From a virus (Duplodnaviria > Caudoviricetes), in IMG/VR virus record IMGVR_UViG_3300033141_001330, positions 1-35,729 of that record: 35,729 nt of DNA; one strand, given 5' to 3'. Shown piece after piece: positions 35,477-35,729 of the stretch. A program made the position numbers and the translations under genes. The notes beneath the pieces are model-generated. The model was not told where the DNA came from. It did no database searches and saw only the letters and a program-made list of their open reading frames with translations. The first letter of the stretch is position 1. Every line of letters begins with the position of its first letter.

Positions 35477-35729
35477 CTATCCTTTTGTTTTCTTTTTATA
35501 GGCTAACACTTTAGACATGTCACCTGTTCTTTCAGCTTCCTTGCGGAGTCTGTCTAACTCTTTATTAGAGCCACCGATGCTTACGCTTTCTCCACCGCTA
35601 ACTTTCTTGTCTACGTTTGGAGCTTTCTTTTTATGTGTTTTCAATTTAGTTCCCATTTCTGCAACTGCAAAAGCAAAATCTATTGGATCAGTGATTGCTG
35701 CAAGTTCTTTCGCTCTTTCTGGATTGCTA
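35477..35729 (-). CDS. Scaffolding protein, 3' part
   Basis: ...KELDRLRKEAERTGDMSKVLAYKKKQKG*, a helix-turn-helix coat-binding-type C-terminus; in frame with 1..729. Confidence 0.88.
   Translation of the reverse strand, partial: SNPERAKELAAITDPIDFAFAVAEMGTKLKTHKKKAPNVDKKVSGGESVSIGGSNKELDRLRKEAERTGDMSKVLAYKKKTKG
35618..35729. repeat. Terminal direct repeat, copy 2
   Basis: Identical to 1-112. Confidence 0.97.

Overview
The window is an apparently complete, circularly permuted genome (35,617 bp unique; bases 1-112 = 35618-35729) of an AT-rich P22-like podovirus. The host is probably Campylobacterota, inferred from TGnTATAAT promoters, AAGGA RBSs and protein motifs. The minus strand carries the late module in P22 order: terS, terL, portal, scaffold (spans the contig ends), coat, gp4/gp10/gp26/gp14/gp7/gp20/gp16-like genes, tail fibre and lysis genes. 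A symmetric divergent promoter at about 11.35-11.46 kb drives two early arms. The left arm has an RHH regulator, Sak/Rad52 recombinase, NinB-like, SSB-like and ASCH-like genes; the right arm has a pentapeptide-repeat protein, NinG, a C5 methyltransferase and a Lar-like gene. I could not recognise any integrase, CI-type repressor, replication initiator, helicase, primase or polymerase. Highlights: (1) a Tat-signal moron protein that looks like a circularly permuted copy of the phage's own tail-fibre tip domain; (2) three paralogous HNH-like/NUMOD1 endonucleases, two inserted in host-gene 3' ends with a replacement end upstream and the displaced original end still visible downstream; (3) about 600 bp of densely structured non-coding sequence; (4) an ADP-ribosyltransferase-like domain on the large ejection protein; (5) mirrored paralog cassettes on the two early arms. 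All assignments come from motif reading and synteny; no database searches were run.
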